Origin: Mytilus edulis
Lineage: Eukaryota
Assembly (NCBI RefSeq): GCF_963676685.1
Contig: NC_092346.1
Span: 55,552,001 to 55,616,000 of the forward strand
DNA length: 64,000 bases
Direction of reading: 5' to 3'
The translations under genes and the position numbers were made by a program. The notes under the pieces are model-generated. The model made no database searches and was not told where the DNA came from. It saw nothing but the letters and a program-made list of their open reading frames with translations. This document shows positions 24,930-37,031 of the stretch, piece after piece. Position 1 is the stretch's first letter. Every line of letters begins with the position of its first letter.

Positions 24930-26593
24930 GGCGGTCCAACGATTTACAGAAAAGAGCGACGATTTACAGAAAAGAACCGAAAAGGACCAAAAAGAACCGA
25001 AAAGGACCGAAAAGAACCGAAAAGAACACACATATGATTATTGATTATTATTTAAAGTTAAAACAATGTATATATCTATACACCAATGTCCCCCCTCGTA
25101 ATAAAGGAATGTATAATTCAAATTTAGATTGTACATTTATATGGACATGTAGTCTTACAAAAAAGTTAGATTTCTCTGTATCAGATTAAGGCATTTAAAT
25201 ATTTTTGAAAAAAAAAATCAAAGTGTCAATTCCGTTGTTTTCGAAAATAGAATTGTAAAAAACATTTGAAGAAATTTTCAATTCCTGCTACATGTAAACC
25301 TTGGCAAACTTTACGATGTTCTTGATTCGTTTCAATTTCTTAATTCAATTTACGGTATTAAACGATGGGCTACATGGGAATAAAATGAGATTAATCAATA
25401 AAAAAAAATACATCATTATCTATATATATTATAAATTTTGTGCAAAACACAGTCATTTCATTTCGTCTTTCAAGAAATATACACAGTGGCGGATCCAGGG
25501 GAGGGGGGGGGGGTTCCGGGGGTGCGCACCCCCCCTTTATTTTTGCCGATCAATGCATTTGTATCGGGACATATGTTTTGCACCCCCCTTTGCCCTGGGT
25601 TAGCACCCCCCCCCTTTCGAAAATTCCTGCATCCGCCCCTGTATACATAAATGAAAAGCGTACCCGCTTTCGGTATAATTGATAATTGTTTACTCTTTAT
25701 ATAGCCGCCATAATAGCGTATAGATTAAAGGGTGTGAAAAAGTTAATGGCCTGTTGATTTCTATTAATTTTATCTAATAAACCACTTTTAAAAAACAGAT
25801 ATGTAGATTAGTGGAATGATGTCAGATGGTGATAAATGTTGGCCTGTGGTGCTACATGTATCTATAGAAAAACTTGTGCATGGAGATAACGGGGCTTTTC
25901 CTTAACGAATTCAAATCCTTGACAGGTTTAACGTGTCAAAGTAACAATCATGATGTGTTTCCATTTTATATGTAATACACGTACACACACACGAAAAGAA
26001 CGAAATATTCGTATTTATTCAATAACTCCTGTAAAGTTTTCCGTCATGTTTTAAACGATATTTTGTTTTATTTTGTTTTTGTCCGATTGTCCGAATGTCC
26101 GTGTTATAATATATATTCACTGATGAATGAACACATTCCTAAAAAAATATAAGGAACTGTTGTAATGTTCGAAATGAATTAGCGACCAAGATTGAACAAA
26201 ATAATGGCACTTAGCTTATAAATATACTTCACGTAGAACGATTGTTTGACAGTAATGAATTAATATCTTTTATTTTCTTGTCTGTTCTATGTTTTTTATT
26301 CCATAAGATAGGCATCCGACCCTACCTATAATATTTTACATGTACAGTAAGTTATTATATGTAGTCCTGTCGCAGTATAAGGTTTCAAAACCTAAGAATA
26401 AACTTTTGTGAAAAATATCTTTTTATTTATAATAGACTTATATAATTTTGCAATTCTTAATTTTCTTCGATTACAAAAAACTTCGATCTCCTTTTCGGTT
26501 CTTTTCGGTCCTTTTCGGTTCTTTTTGGTCCTTTTCGGTCCTTTTCGGTTCTTTTCTGTAAATCGTCGCTCTTTTCTGTAAGTCGTCGAACCC
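24930..26593. mobile_element. Foldback/Mutator-like element with ~100-bp TIRs built from 10-bp repeats, in NQO copy A intron 1
   Basis: ACGATTTACAGAAAAGAGCGACG..(GAAAAGAACC/GAAAAGGACC)n at left, mirror image at 26491-26593. Absent from copy B. TSD not resolved. Confidence 0.8.
25484..25641. mobile_element. hAT-like MITE (CAGTGGCGGATCC family)
   Basis: TIRs CAGTGGCGGAT and ATCCGCCCCTG, flanked by TATACA on both sides. Confidence 0.85.
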
Positions 26594-27083
26594 GACAAGA
26601 AGAAAGCATTTACAATCATAATAAACAAACTAATAAATACATGTAATTACATGTATATAATATGACACGACAATTGTTCGTTCAAAGTTCACATTTAGGA
26701 TTTTGTATATTTCTATAGTCTATGCTTTTTATTATCATTCCGAGTCCTCGTTGCGTTTTAATAATTCAATAGTTAATTGTATGTTACGCAAATTTTGATA
26801 TTTTAAAACTTTGATCAAAATTCTAAAAATTTAAAATTTAAAAACTTTTTAAAACTTTGAATTGATAAGTGATACACGGACCCATTTGATTAGGGACTTT
26901 TCGTTTTGAATTTTCCGCAGATTTCAGTATTTTTGTGATTTTACTTTTTGTATTTTGTTCATTTTTGTTTGATGATAACTATAAAGTAATGTTAATCAAA
27001 GGATAAGAAAATCAAGATCACAGTCAGGTTAAATTTTACCATCATTTATAACTTTTTATTATTGATTCACTTATTCATTTCAG

Positions 27084-27327
27084 GTGAACTCGAGGATCCA
27101 AAACATTTCAATTATCCAAATGAAGTCGGCGCAGCCTATAAAAAGACAGTTTGTGCTTAGATGTCAAACAAGAAATACAAAAGTTAAAATTGGCTGACTT
27201 GGTTATTTTCCAATTTCCAATGCAATGGGCCTCAGTCCCAGCTATTCTCAAGGGATGGTTTGAACGTGTTCTCATCAAAGATTTTGCATTCAGCTTTCCA
27301 AAAATGTTAGATGAAGGACTACTCAAG
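27084..27327 (+). pseudogene. NQO1: NQO1-like copy A, exon 2, with a 1-nt frameshift (true pseudogene or sequencing error)
   Basis: 244 nt versus 245 nt in copy B. An A5 run at 27140-27144 leads to TAG at 27158. The downstream frame reads [26 protein letters not shown]. Confidence 0.8.
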
Positions 27328-28009
27328 GTAATTGTTAAATACATCAGTGGGTATTTCTATTTCAGTATGATTATTATAGATAGATACAGAAAGACATATT
27401 CCTATTTTACCATGTAAGCGAGGTAAATACTGCCTATCCTTCAGTAACAACTAATTTAAACATGAAAAGATGGTATGATTGCAATAAGACAACTATCCAA
27501 TATATAATAAATTACGCAAATGTAATCTACTATTGGTCAAGGTACGGATATGTACAATGAGCAAAATTTATACTGTGGATCTAAGATCCTGAAATAAAAA
27601 ATAAACTACAATTCAAACGAAATATTTACTAATCGAACAAGAAATATGAATAATAACGACTAAGGACCACTGAATTACATGCTCGTGAGATGGGACAAGA
27701 TGATGTCACGCTCATTGAAATTAACAACGCCAACCACTGACACGTGTCTAGTGAACGAGTTGTGATGCTCAAAAGAGACGGGTGCGAAAGAAATGATATT
27801 TCACTCAAAAAATTAGAAATTAGCAATTTCCTTCTTTTTCTTATTATCTTCAGGGTTTTCGTTCTGAAAATCTTCTTTATGTTTGTAACGTTTCTGGATC
27901 CTTTTTTCCAAAATAATATTACCTGTATAATATTAATACCATCCAGGTCCTATTTATGAAAAATTAATGACCAACAATTATTGTATATGTTACATATAAA
28001 TCATTGTAG

Positions 28010-28111
28010 GAAAAGAAAGCTGTTTTGTCATTTACAACAGGATGTCCAGGTGGAATGTTTACACCTAATGGTTTGCTAGGAGACCTAAATGTGATTCTTT
28101 GGCCTATTCAG
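28010..28111 (+). CDS. NQO1: NQO1-like copy A, exon 3
   Basis: TAG|[34 protein letters not shown]|GT, 102 nt. Confidence 0.9.
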
Positions 28112-28149
28112 GTGATTACTTGTTAGTTTTAAGGTATATAATAGATGTG

Positions 28150-28574
28150 AAAGATAGGCAAAAGACACCAGAGAGGCAGTCAAATTCATAGATAGAATAT
28201 ACACTGACAACTTCAAGGCTAAAAATGAAAAAGATAAACATACAAATATTAGTAAACAAGACACAACATAGAAACTAAAACCTGAGCAACACGAACCCCA
28301 CTAAAAAAATGGGGGTTATCTCAGTTGCTCCGAAAAGGAAAGCAGTTCCTGCCTCACATGTGGCACCAATCATGTTGCTCATGCTATTACAAACCCGGTA
28401 AATAGTCTAAGTGGATAGGTCACATTCATAAAAAGGGAAGGGGATTGTAGGAACATATCTGATATCATCTGTGAAACGGTTATTCCATAACGGTCAACCA
28501 ACTTGTGATGGCGTCCGTAAAAATTACGAAGGGGTGATTTCGACTTCGCCATTTTGAAACTCTTGGTTTAATAG
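28150..28574 (-). mobile_element. 5'-truncated Penelope-like copy in NQO copy A intron 3
   Basis: Reverse complement aligns with ~47770-48103 (end of RT thumb plus 3' tail). Confidence 0.75.
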
Positions 28575-28728
28575 TAGATGGTATCTAGGTATAAATTTTT
28601 ACAGAGATGAGGAATAAAAAAAATGTAAAAGCAGTAAAATGGGCAATGATTTTGCGCTGGGACATTATTTAAAGCTCCTTTACAGATATCTATTTTTTTT
28701 TTCAAATAACAAATTTCTAATTACATAG

Positions 28729-29083
28729 GAGAGCCGTGGTGTAGAAGTTAGTGCATCAAACTACTACCACAAAGGTTCCTAAATCGATCCTTGTTCCGAG
28801 GTGAAAATTTCAGGGATAGTTTTTTCGGCTCTCCCTTAACACCATTTGCGAGTATAGTCTTGATAAACGATGACAGTCCGTCAGAAGCGGACGATAAATG
28901 ACTGACCCGTGTTAAGAGAGAGCCACATTTCTTGCACGTAATAGACACCCTGTGGGATTTTGAAAAAGAGCAGGCTAATGCTGCTACAAGGCATCACTCG
29001 CACCACATGCAAAGTGAAAAGGGATTTATATAAGTTGCAATTACTTGTTTCCCAATCCACTATAAATAAATATGTTTAAACTA
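28729..29083 (+). mobile_element. tRNA-derived SINE
   Basis: A-box-like TGGTGTAGAAG and decayed B box, AT-rich tail, homologous to 34112-34467. Empty site in copy B near 40955. Confidence 0.8.
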
Positions 29084-31035
29084 AATCACAAAACCAGTTG
29101 AACAGCAAGTTTCACTGTCGCTTTAAACCGCCAACTTGAATGGGTTCAATTGATGATGTAATATATACATGTGTTAATCATTTTGCAGCTAGGGTATGCT
29201 CTTAACTTTAATTAATGTCATTTAGATATCATATTTGAAGAATGGAGTGAAGCAAAACTTGTTTTCATACTTGGTCGATTTTGTTTAGGAAAATAAAAGG
29301 AACATTATCTATGCCTATAGAATTTGATTCTGATATTTACAGGAAGGATTGAGTAAATGAGAAACCCATTTTCACATTAATCATGTTAATATCCATTATC
29401 CATTATTCATAATTTTATTATGGAACCACATGAATAAGAAGTCGAACTTAAGAGACGCTTTTCAATGTAATAAATCAACCGCTAGTTTCGAAATTTGCAT
29501 CATTTTTGAAGGCATTTGTACTCTTTAAATTGCCTCAGAACTCATCTAACATTATAAATAAAGGCAACAGTAGTATACCGATGTTCAAAAGTCATAAATC
29601 GATTTAGAGAAAACAAATCCGGGTTACAAACTTTAACCGAGGGAAACACATCAACTATAATAACGACAGAAATAAAACAATAACCACGTTAAGAATTATC
29701 TGTACCTGTCAGTGATTTAGAGACAGTTAGTAAACTCATCCGTCACAGCGCCTTCACGTTTGTTTTTTACTGATTATAGAACTAATTCTTTAGGGCATGT
29801 TGTTAATAGGAACTATAAACATGGCGTTACTTTCTTGGTTCCGAGCAGCTTACTGCTTTAGAGTTCAAATGAGCAGACGCTCGTAGTTTTGCATAAAGAT
29901 ATGGAACATTTCACAAGGCAACAAGAACAATAGCTACACCGTATGTGTATATTTATAGTTTAAATTCTCCCTCGCCCTGCTCGTCCGAATTTAAAGCATT
30001 TAATTTCTAATTCAATGGGTTATAAACAAGACAAACACAGATATAGGATTAGTTGCTCGCAGTAACATCTTATTTTCTCTTGCGATACAATATTTTATTT
30101 TACTGAATTGTACATATTTCTTCAATCGAAACATTATATAAACACATGACATATAACATTGTTCCTCTTTCGCATCGTTTCTTTTCCCCCGGCTAATGCC
30201 TCCAACGCCTGTACGTACAATAAACATAGCAGCAACTGCACATATACCTATGTGACCAACTTCAATCCGACGTAACTGCGAGCACCTTCGATACTAATAC
30301 ATTTAAATCCCAAACTTTATATAGTACCTTTAAACCCCACCCGTAAAAACCGCCAAAACTTTCCTCGTGCCTCCTGCACCTAACATCAAACTTATAAATA
30401 GTACATACTGTTACAAAACCAGTATCCGAACTAGTTATACTAGTTCCCATCTGTAAATATTAACTACAAATAGCAAACGGGAAAAACCCTATTTCAAACG
30501 AAATAAAATACATACATTCAACCATCTGTTTTCTAAATAAACATTTTATGATGATACTTTTACGTCTAGTTTATCTTATATCCAAGAACTTGGATAGACA
30601 ACGGAAAAATGTATTTTGTGTAATACCATATTTGGAATGAAATTTAGTTTAGTTTTTAGGATAAAAATCTAAATTAGAAATAACAAATTGGTGTCACTAA
30701 TTTCAATTGAAAAAATATCTGTTTTATTTTACACTTCTGGTTCAGAAAGGATTCGAAGTTATCATTGTGGATAAAAAAAGAACTACACTTTAACATTTTT
30801 ACATTTAAATTTTGATTAAACAATCGGGTTAAGATTCTGATCCATTGTGACTCGCTTACTCGTCGGCCTACTGTTATAATCATAGCGACATCACACATCT
30901 TTATGTATGAAACTAGCTAATACATGTACAAGGAATAGATTACCTTATCCGTATTTGGCACTACTTTTTGGAATTTTGGGTCCTCAATGCTCTTCAACTT
31001 TGTACTTGTTTGGCTTTATAACTATGTTGATCTTG

Positions 31036-31080
31036 GTGTTACTGATGAGTCATATGTAGACGAAACGCGCATCTGGCGTA
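31036..31080 (+). ncRNA. Type I hammerhead ribozyme motif (retrozyme-like repeat ~30930-31110)
   Basis: GTGTTA-CTGATGA-GTC-ATATGTA-GAC-GAAA-CGCGCA-TC-TGGCGT. Core boxes intact; stem I is wobble-rich and stem III has one mismatch. Confidence 0.75.
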
Positions 31081-31133
31081 CTATATTATAATCCTGGTAT
31101 CTTTGATAACTAAAACTATTTTGTATTTTTCAG

Positions 31134-31409
31134 TATTGCACACTTCGATTTTGTGGATTTGATGTTCTGAAGCCTCAGTGTTCATTTTCACCAACACATG
31201 CCGATGACAAACAGAGAGAAGAAATGCTAAATGATTGGGGAACTCGGCTAAAGAACATTCTAACAGAAGAACCAATAATGTTCCTATCGCTTTCTAACTT
31301 TGATGCACAAAAGTGGTTTGTCATTTCTGACAATTATGTGGAGGAGCAAAAGAATAAAGAGGTCGGACCATCTGTTGGACATCATCTGGGTAAAAAAATG
31401 CCACTCTGA
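31134..31409 (+). CDS. NQO1: NQO1-like copy A, exon 4
   Basis: CAG|YCTLRFCGFDVLKPQ...GPSVGHHLGKKMPL*. The GHHLGK tail is the NQO1-type C-terminal extension that NQO2 lacks. Confidence 0.9.
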   Translation, partial: YCTLRFCGFDVLKPQCSFSPTHADDKQREEMLNDWGTRLKNILTEEPIMFLSLSNFDAQKWFVISDNYVEEQKNKEVGPSVGHHLGKKMPL

Positions 31410-32080
31410 ATACAGATATTAATACTAATATTGTCGCTACATACTTTTAATTGTATATGTATACTTGGTTTTAGTTATTTTGATATTTATTCATATCCTG
31501 CATGACCACAATGCATATCCATGTAATCATTTTCCTGTAGAACGAAAAGGAAAACATACGAAATAAATAGTTTCAATTATCATAAAGCAAATTCCAAATT
31601 TATTAAATTTAAAAACCATTGGAACACGACAAACAATTTCTACCCTTCATTAAAATTGATATAGAATTGCATAACCACCAAATCTGAACCCTTGCAATGA
31701 TGCTGATACAGACACCATAACACCAAGGGTAATGGATAAATAAAGGCAACAGTAGTATACCGCTGTTCAAAAAACCATAATCGGTTAAGGAAAACAAATC
31801 AGGGATACAAACTAAAACAGAGCCAAACACATCAACTATAAGGGGAATTAACAGAAAGAACCAATGAACTGCAACAAAAACTCCAACATACATAGAAACG
31901 GGCTATTTGAAAACAACTCATATTCCTGACTTGATATTGGATATTTTAAGAATAAATGGTTGATTAAACCTTGTTTTAAAGCTACACAAACCTCACTCTT
32001 ATATACTACTAGCAATGTAAAAAAAACATTGCTAAATTAACAATAAACTCATCATAGATACCAGGATTAATTTTGTATTT

Positions 32081-32124
32081 ACGCCAGATGCGCGTTTCGT
32101 CTACAAAAGACTCATCAGTGACGC
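32081..32124 (-). ncRNA. Type I hammerhead ribozyme motif in a 316-nt retrozyme-like monomer
   Basis: Minus strand GCGTCA-CTGATGA-GTC-TTTTGTA-GAC-GAAA-CGCGCA-TC-TGGCGT. Confidence 0.82.
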
Positions 32125-32962
32125 TCGAATCCAAAAAAGCTAAAAGGCCAAATAAAATGACAAAGTTGAAGTGCAATGAAGACCAAACTTCCTAAACGTT
32201 TGCCAAATACAGCTAAGGTAATCTATTCCTGAGGTAGCATAGCTATAGTTAATTTATAAAATTAATATGACTATATCAATGATAATTCATATCAGCCCAG
32301 AAGTGATGACTATTGGGCCGGTGATACCATCGGGGAATTAAAACTACAGTGGTTGTAAATAAACTCATCATAGATACCAGGATTAATTTTGTATTACGTT
32401 ACAGGAATAAAGATCAAACAAACACATGAACACTCAGCACAGAGAAATGCATAAATAATTTATAAATAAATTAAAGAATCAAGTTTAAGGCAAAACATAA
32501 CAAACAAATAATTTACGTGAAAATAACGGCCACAGTTCACTTTGAATGACGAATGACGAGATCTGACATGATAACAGAATGCTGATATGATTGATTTAAC
32601 TGACAAGTCTGTGTACCATCAGTAGCAATGGATGCCCAAGTTCCTCAAGGTTAATTATTAAAGAGAACGAGGGCCATGATCTCCAAAAACGTTGGGTTTT
32701 ATTCGCATCACCCCCTGGTTTCAGGGGAGTAAAGATTAACGATTTCTATATCATAAAACATTTAAGCTCGAACTGGTACCAGTTCAGAACCGGCTTTTTG
32801 AAACTTTTACATATCTACAAGAGTGGCTAGTTCAATGTAATGCTGAAAAGTCACGTGACGTTGAATAGCGGGAAACGAGATACGGATCCGAATGATTTAT
32901 AATAATATCTCCTTCATTAAATTGGTTCATAGTTATCAAAGGTACCAGGATTATAATTTAGT

Positions 32963-33006
32963 ACGCCAGACACACGTTTCGTCTACATAAGACTCATCAG
33001 TGATGC
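32963..33006 (-). ncRNA. Type I hammerhead ribozyme motif (retrozyme-like repeat ~32929-33192)
   Basis: Minus strand GCATCA-CTGATGA-GTC-TTATGTA-GAC-GAAAC-GTGT-GTC-TGGCGT. Intact core and GUC cleavage triplet; one mismatch in stem I. Confidence 0.82.
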
Positions 33007-33410
33007 TCATATCAAAATATTTATAAAGCCAAACAAGTACAAAGTTGAAGAGCATTGAGGATACGGCAAAGGTAATCTTTGCCTAGGATAAGAAAATCCT
33101 TAGTTTTTTTAACAATTCTAAGTTTTGTAAACAGGAAATTTAAAAAATGACCACAATATTGATATTCATGTCAACACCGAAGTGTTGACTACAAGAGATA
33201 AACTGAAAGAGATTGCGATATATTGCTCTTATCTGAACAGCTATCTGCTTTATAAAATCGATGAATTACCAGGTATATGAAAGAAATCAATATAAGTAAA
33301 ATATTAAAGAAGGGGGCAATGTAAACTACCGCCAAGTTCACTGCCTTGTATCTGCTGTAAATAATGGGAAACAAACCAACTCATCATAGATACCAGGATT
33401 TAATTTTTTT

Positions 33411-33454
33411 ACATCAGACGTGCGTTTTGTCTTTAAAAGACTCATCGGTGACGC
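33411..33454 (-). ncRNA. Degenerate hammerhead motif (paralogous remnant at ~44245-44287)
   Basis: GCGTCA-CCGATGA-GTC-TTTTAAA-GAC-AAAA-CGCACG-TC-TGATGT, with two core substitutions. Confidence 0.6.
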
Positions 33455-33559
33455 GCGAATAACAAAAGTACGAAGTTGAAGGATAAAAAAATCCTGAATG
33501 TTTTAACAAAAAACAGCTTAGCTACACTATACAAAATTTCAATCCTGATATTAAGACGA

Positions 33560-34600
33560 GTTTATTTTTAACAAGCTCATGATAAACCATGCTGACAACC
33601 ACGATACACTTTATCCTCTACAAAAATTATTCAGGAGAAGCATATCCAGCGGAAACATCTGATTGAATGTATCATTGAAATTACAATTAACATCGATACA
33701 AAGAAACAAACTGACTATATAGTTATGAATTTCTGTAAAACTTTCCATGAAGCAAGTAACAGCTTGTACTGACTTTCAAACTGGGTTTTACATCTCCATC
33801 AAATGGAAAACCAACAAATGGATCCATTTCCTTTCTGACAGGAAACAATTGGTAAAGGAGAAACATCTTAAACAATCAAGATCATCGATAAACTTATTAA
33901 GGGGAACACAATGGAAAACGGTCTTTTATCTACATCAATGTTATTCACTAACACAATCAAGAAAATGCAAACCTATAGATAGAGAGTACACATTGCATGG
34001 CCATACCGTTCAGTTTGTTCAGTACGCAGTCTGTACCAACAGTTCAGATCCGAGATAGAACGAACATATTGAAAACATATGTAATAAGGCAAAAACGACC
34101 ATAGGATTCCTAGAGAGCCTGGTGTATTGGTTAGTGCATCGGACGTCTAACACTAAGGGTTCCTGGTTCGATCCACGCACCGAATAGAAAATTTCAGGGA
34201 CTGAATTTTTTGCTCTCCCTTAAAAACATTTGCGAGTATGGTCTTTAGGAAACGATGATAGTCCGTCTGAAGGCGACAATAAATGGCTGACCGGTTTTAA
34301 GAGAGAGCTATATCTCTTGTTCGTAAAAGACATCCTTGTAGATTTCGTAAAAGAGCAGGCTAATGCCGCTACAAGGCAACACTCGCACCCGCAAAGTGGA
34401 AAGGGATTAATATAAGTTGCAATAACTTGTTTCTCAATCCACTATAAAATAAATATGTTTAAATTAAAAAGGAAAATTTAATATATACAACATAACAATA
34501 AATAATACTGCATATAAGTTATTGGTAAGACAAACATTGCAATATGCGTGAAGAGGCTGTGACCCTATCAAACAAAATAAAAAACACCGGCTGGAAATGG
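33560..34600 (+). mobile_element. Highly degenerate LINE RT fragment at the duplication junction (paralogue ~44400-44820)
   Basis: Remnant RT-like peptides (QTDYIVMNFCKTF, WIHFLSDRKQLV) and clear homology to 44400-44820. Confidence 0.55.
34112..34467 (+). mobile_element. tRNA-derived SINE
   Basis: A box TGGTGTATTGG, B box GGTTCGATCC; same body and tail as 28729-29083. Confidence 0.85.
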
Positions 34601-34729
34601 TACAGTATCAGTTTATATCCCGTTTTACTTTATACTAGTATGTTAGCTTAAAAAGGCGTAAATTGTATAACAGGGACGCCATATTAAAGGCCTCATTTAT
34701 TTAAAAATGAATACGAAAATACCTGCTGA

Positions 34730-35276
34730 CAGGGGCGGGTCCAGGTGAGGGCGTGTAATGGACGTCGCCCCCTTTTTAAAAAAAACCCAAAACAAACAAA
34801 ACATTATCGCAATCTGCTAATATTGTATTGAATATGGCAATTTTCATATTCAATCATGTATTCTACAGTGAAGCCTACAATATTTAGAACGAAAGAACTT
34901 TATACTTCCGTGTTTGTTTGTCTTGTATCATATGTGTCTGAGCTCCTGAGCTTCCAATGCATGGACCCTCTACCAGGGCAACAGTAATTACGCCTCCCGT
35001 TCATAAAATTCGGGTCTAGGACTATTTAAATGTTAAGTAACGCCTAATACCATAGAATCTGAATTTCTTATTATTGGTCTACTGCTGTTAAGATCCGTCC
35101 ACTCATTTTAATATACCATAGACATTTAATGGACAGAACTCGGCATATACAAATATCAAACCCTAATATTTTTATACTTTTGTTAGCAAACAAAGGTCCA
35201 AAATATTTTGCCTCGCTCCCCTTGGCGAAAGATTTGATTCTACGCCCCTCTTGCAAATACCATATGAACTCCCCTA
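34730..35276. mobile_element. hAT-like MITE (CAGGGGCGG family) upstream of NQO copy B
   Basis: GCTGA duplicated at 34725-34729 and 35277-35281. A single GCTGA marks the empty paralogous site near 23427. Confidence 0.75.
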
Positions 35277-35417
35277 GCTGATGTCATAAGCCTGAAAGAT
35301 TAACTAGACCATACGTTCTTATGGTATTCTGGAATAGTTACATATAACAACCTTTAACATACAAAATGCTTTAAAATTTAATAAGCTTAGGTTTAAATAG
35401 TTATTACCCGTTTTATA

Positions 35418-36681
35418 CGGAAGCCGGTTTTGGCCACATTGAAAAAACTTTATCGCAATAAAGACATCATTTGCCATTACAACGATCCAACTCTTTCGTA
35501 GTAACGACATGGCTATTGTAGGTCATTTTTTTATAAGAATTGTCGCCCTTATTAGACTATTTATTTATTTTGCACTTTGCACTTTTATTTTAAGAACTAT
35601 TATTAATAAAAAAAAAGTCAAATTGTAAACCGTGTTAAGTTGAAGTATGTGTTCAAGGAAAGCATTAACAATAACATCGATCTCCAAGGTTTTGAAGTTT
35701 AAGTGACGTCGACTTAAACCTTTGTACATGTGCACACAATGGTGTGATCTTTTTATAGCTAATTATCTAATGCATGCAGAGCAATACGTTTGTTTCTTTG
35801 CTTGCTTTGTTTGCATATTGTACAATTGCAATTGGGATAACGTCCAATCAAATTGAATATAATATTCACAGATTTAACTATGCACACATTGTATATAGAA
35901 TATATTGTTTGAATATGTCAATCTTAATATTAAAGCTCGAGTAAACGTTTATACAAACAAAGCAAGCAAGCAAGCCCAACAACTCTACAATCATTAGTTT
36001 TAGTCGGGTTGGTGTGGTGTGTTCCACATATTCATAATAGGCAATTCCCATTGGTCCCTTTAATGATGCAAATTATGCTGAGTATTTTTAGCGAGAGACT
36101 TCTAGCTTGACGGACTAGAATTAAGAAGCATTTATTTAATTCTACAAACATTTATCCACAAATTCGTCTGTCTTTGCCGTTTTGTAAATAAGGTATAATT
36201 GAATTTCTATTAACAGTTTTTGTCTTTTTCGTAGTTCTGAAGATAAAAGCGAAAAGTGGAAATATATGTATAAATAGTCCTTTAAGGGTAATAACTCTTA
36301 TAACAATTTAAGTACATCTAACCTTGGTATAGCACGATAACTTATGTCGCAATTACAACATATGATGTCTTAATAACGATATATGATTTGTTATTACGAT
36401 AGATAGGATGTCGTTATTACGACAAAGTTGTGTGCGGTATTCGGTTTTCTCATTGTTGTAGGCCGTACGGTAGCTTATAAGTGCTTGAATCCACTTCATA
36501 TAAACTTGGGTAGTTATTTGTCTCATTCCCAAGCATACCTCATTTCTTTTCTCTATATGCTGTCATTATTACGACAAGGTTATGTCGTTATTACAACATA
36601 CGATATCGTTATTACGACATTGTGTCATAGAATGTCGTTATTATCAGATTTTTTTTCTCATGTGGCCCTTACTGGCTTCCG
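35418..36681. mobile_element. TA-flanked TIR element with internal ~21-bp TGTCGTTATTACGACA repeats
   Basis: TA-CGGAAGCC.GT...GGCCACAT at left and ATGTGGCC...ACTGGCTTCCG-TA at right. Ends 160 bp before the copy B ATG. Confidence 0.8.
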
Positions 36682-36841
36682 TATTACGGGTGTAGATTAT
36701 ACAGAAAAATTAGATTTGAAAGACTAAAGAAATATTCATTAAATACCTAACCATTATACAATGACTGGTGTGAATATTACGTTGGCATGAAAACCGATCA
36801 TTATAGGTGTATTGTACCAATATTTCTCCTGAATCGGAAAG

Positions 36842-37031
36842 ATGTACAAGAAATTTCTTGAAACACAGAAAACAGCTCTGATAGTTTATGCTCATCCCGA
36901 GCCTAAATCGTTCAATGCAGCACTTCGCGACACAGCTGTTAAAACTCTTAAAGCCCAGGGATATAATGTTTTAGTGTCCGACCTTTACGCACAACATTTT
37001 CAACCAGTGATTTCAAAAACAGATATTATTG
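36842..37031 (+). CDS. NQO1: NQO1-like copy B, exon 1
   Basis: MYKKFLETQKTALIVYAHPEPKSFN...KTDII; donor G|GTGAGT. Confidence 0.92.

Noticed and set aside
26392-26628. Lys/Arg-rich repetitive ORF
   Set aside because: Translation of the 10-bp TIR repeats of the foldback element.
28729-28800. tRNA genes at 28729 and 34112
   Set aside because: The A/B boxes run into a shared SINE body and tail, and no complete cloverleaf forms.
32850-32859. Perfect CLEAR/E-box GTCACGTGAC
   Set aside because: Single isolated motif, far from LYSET and from any mapped TSS; cannot be distinguished from chance.
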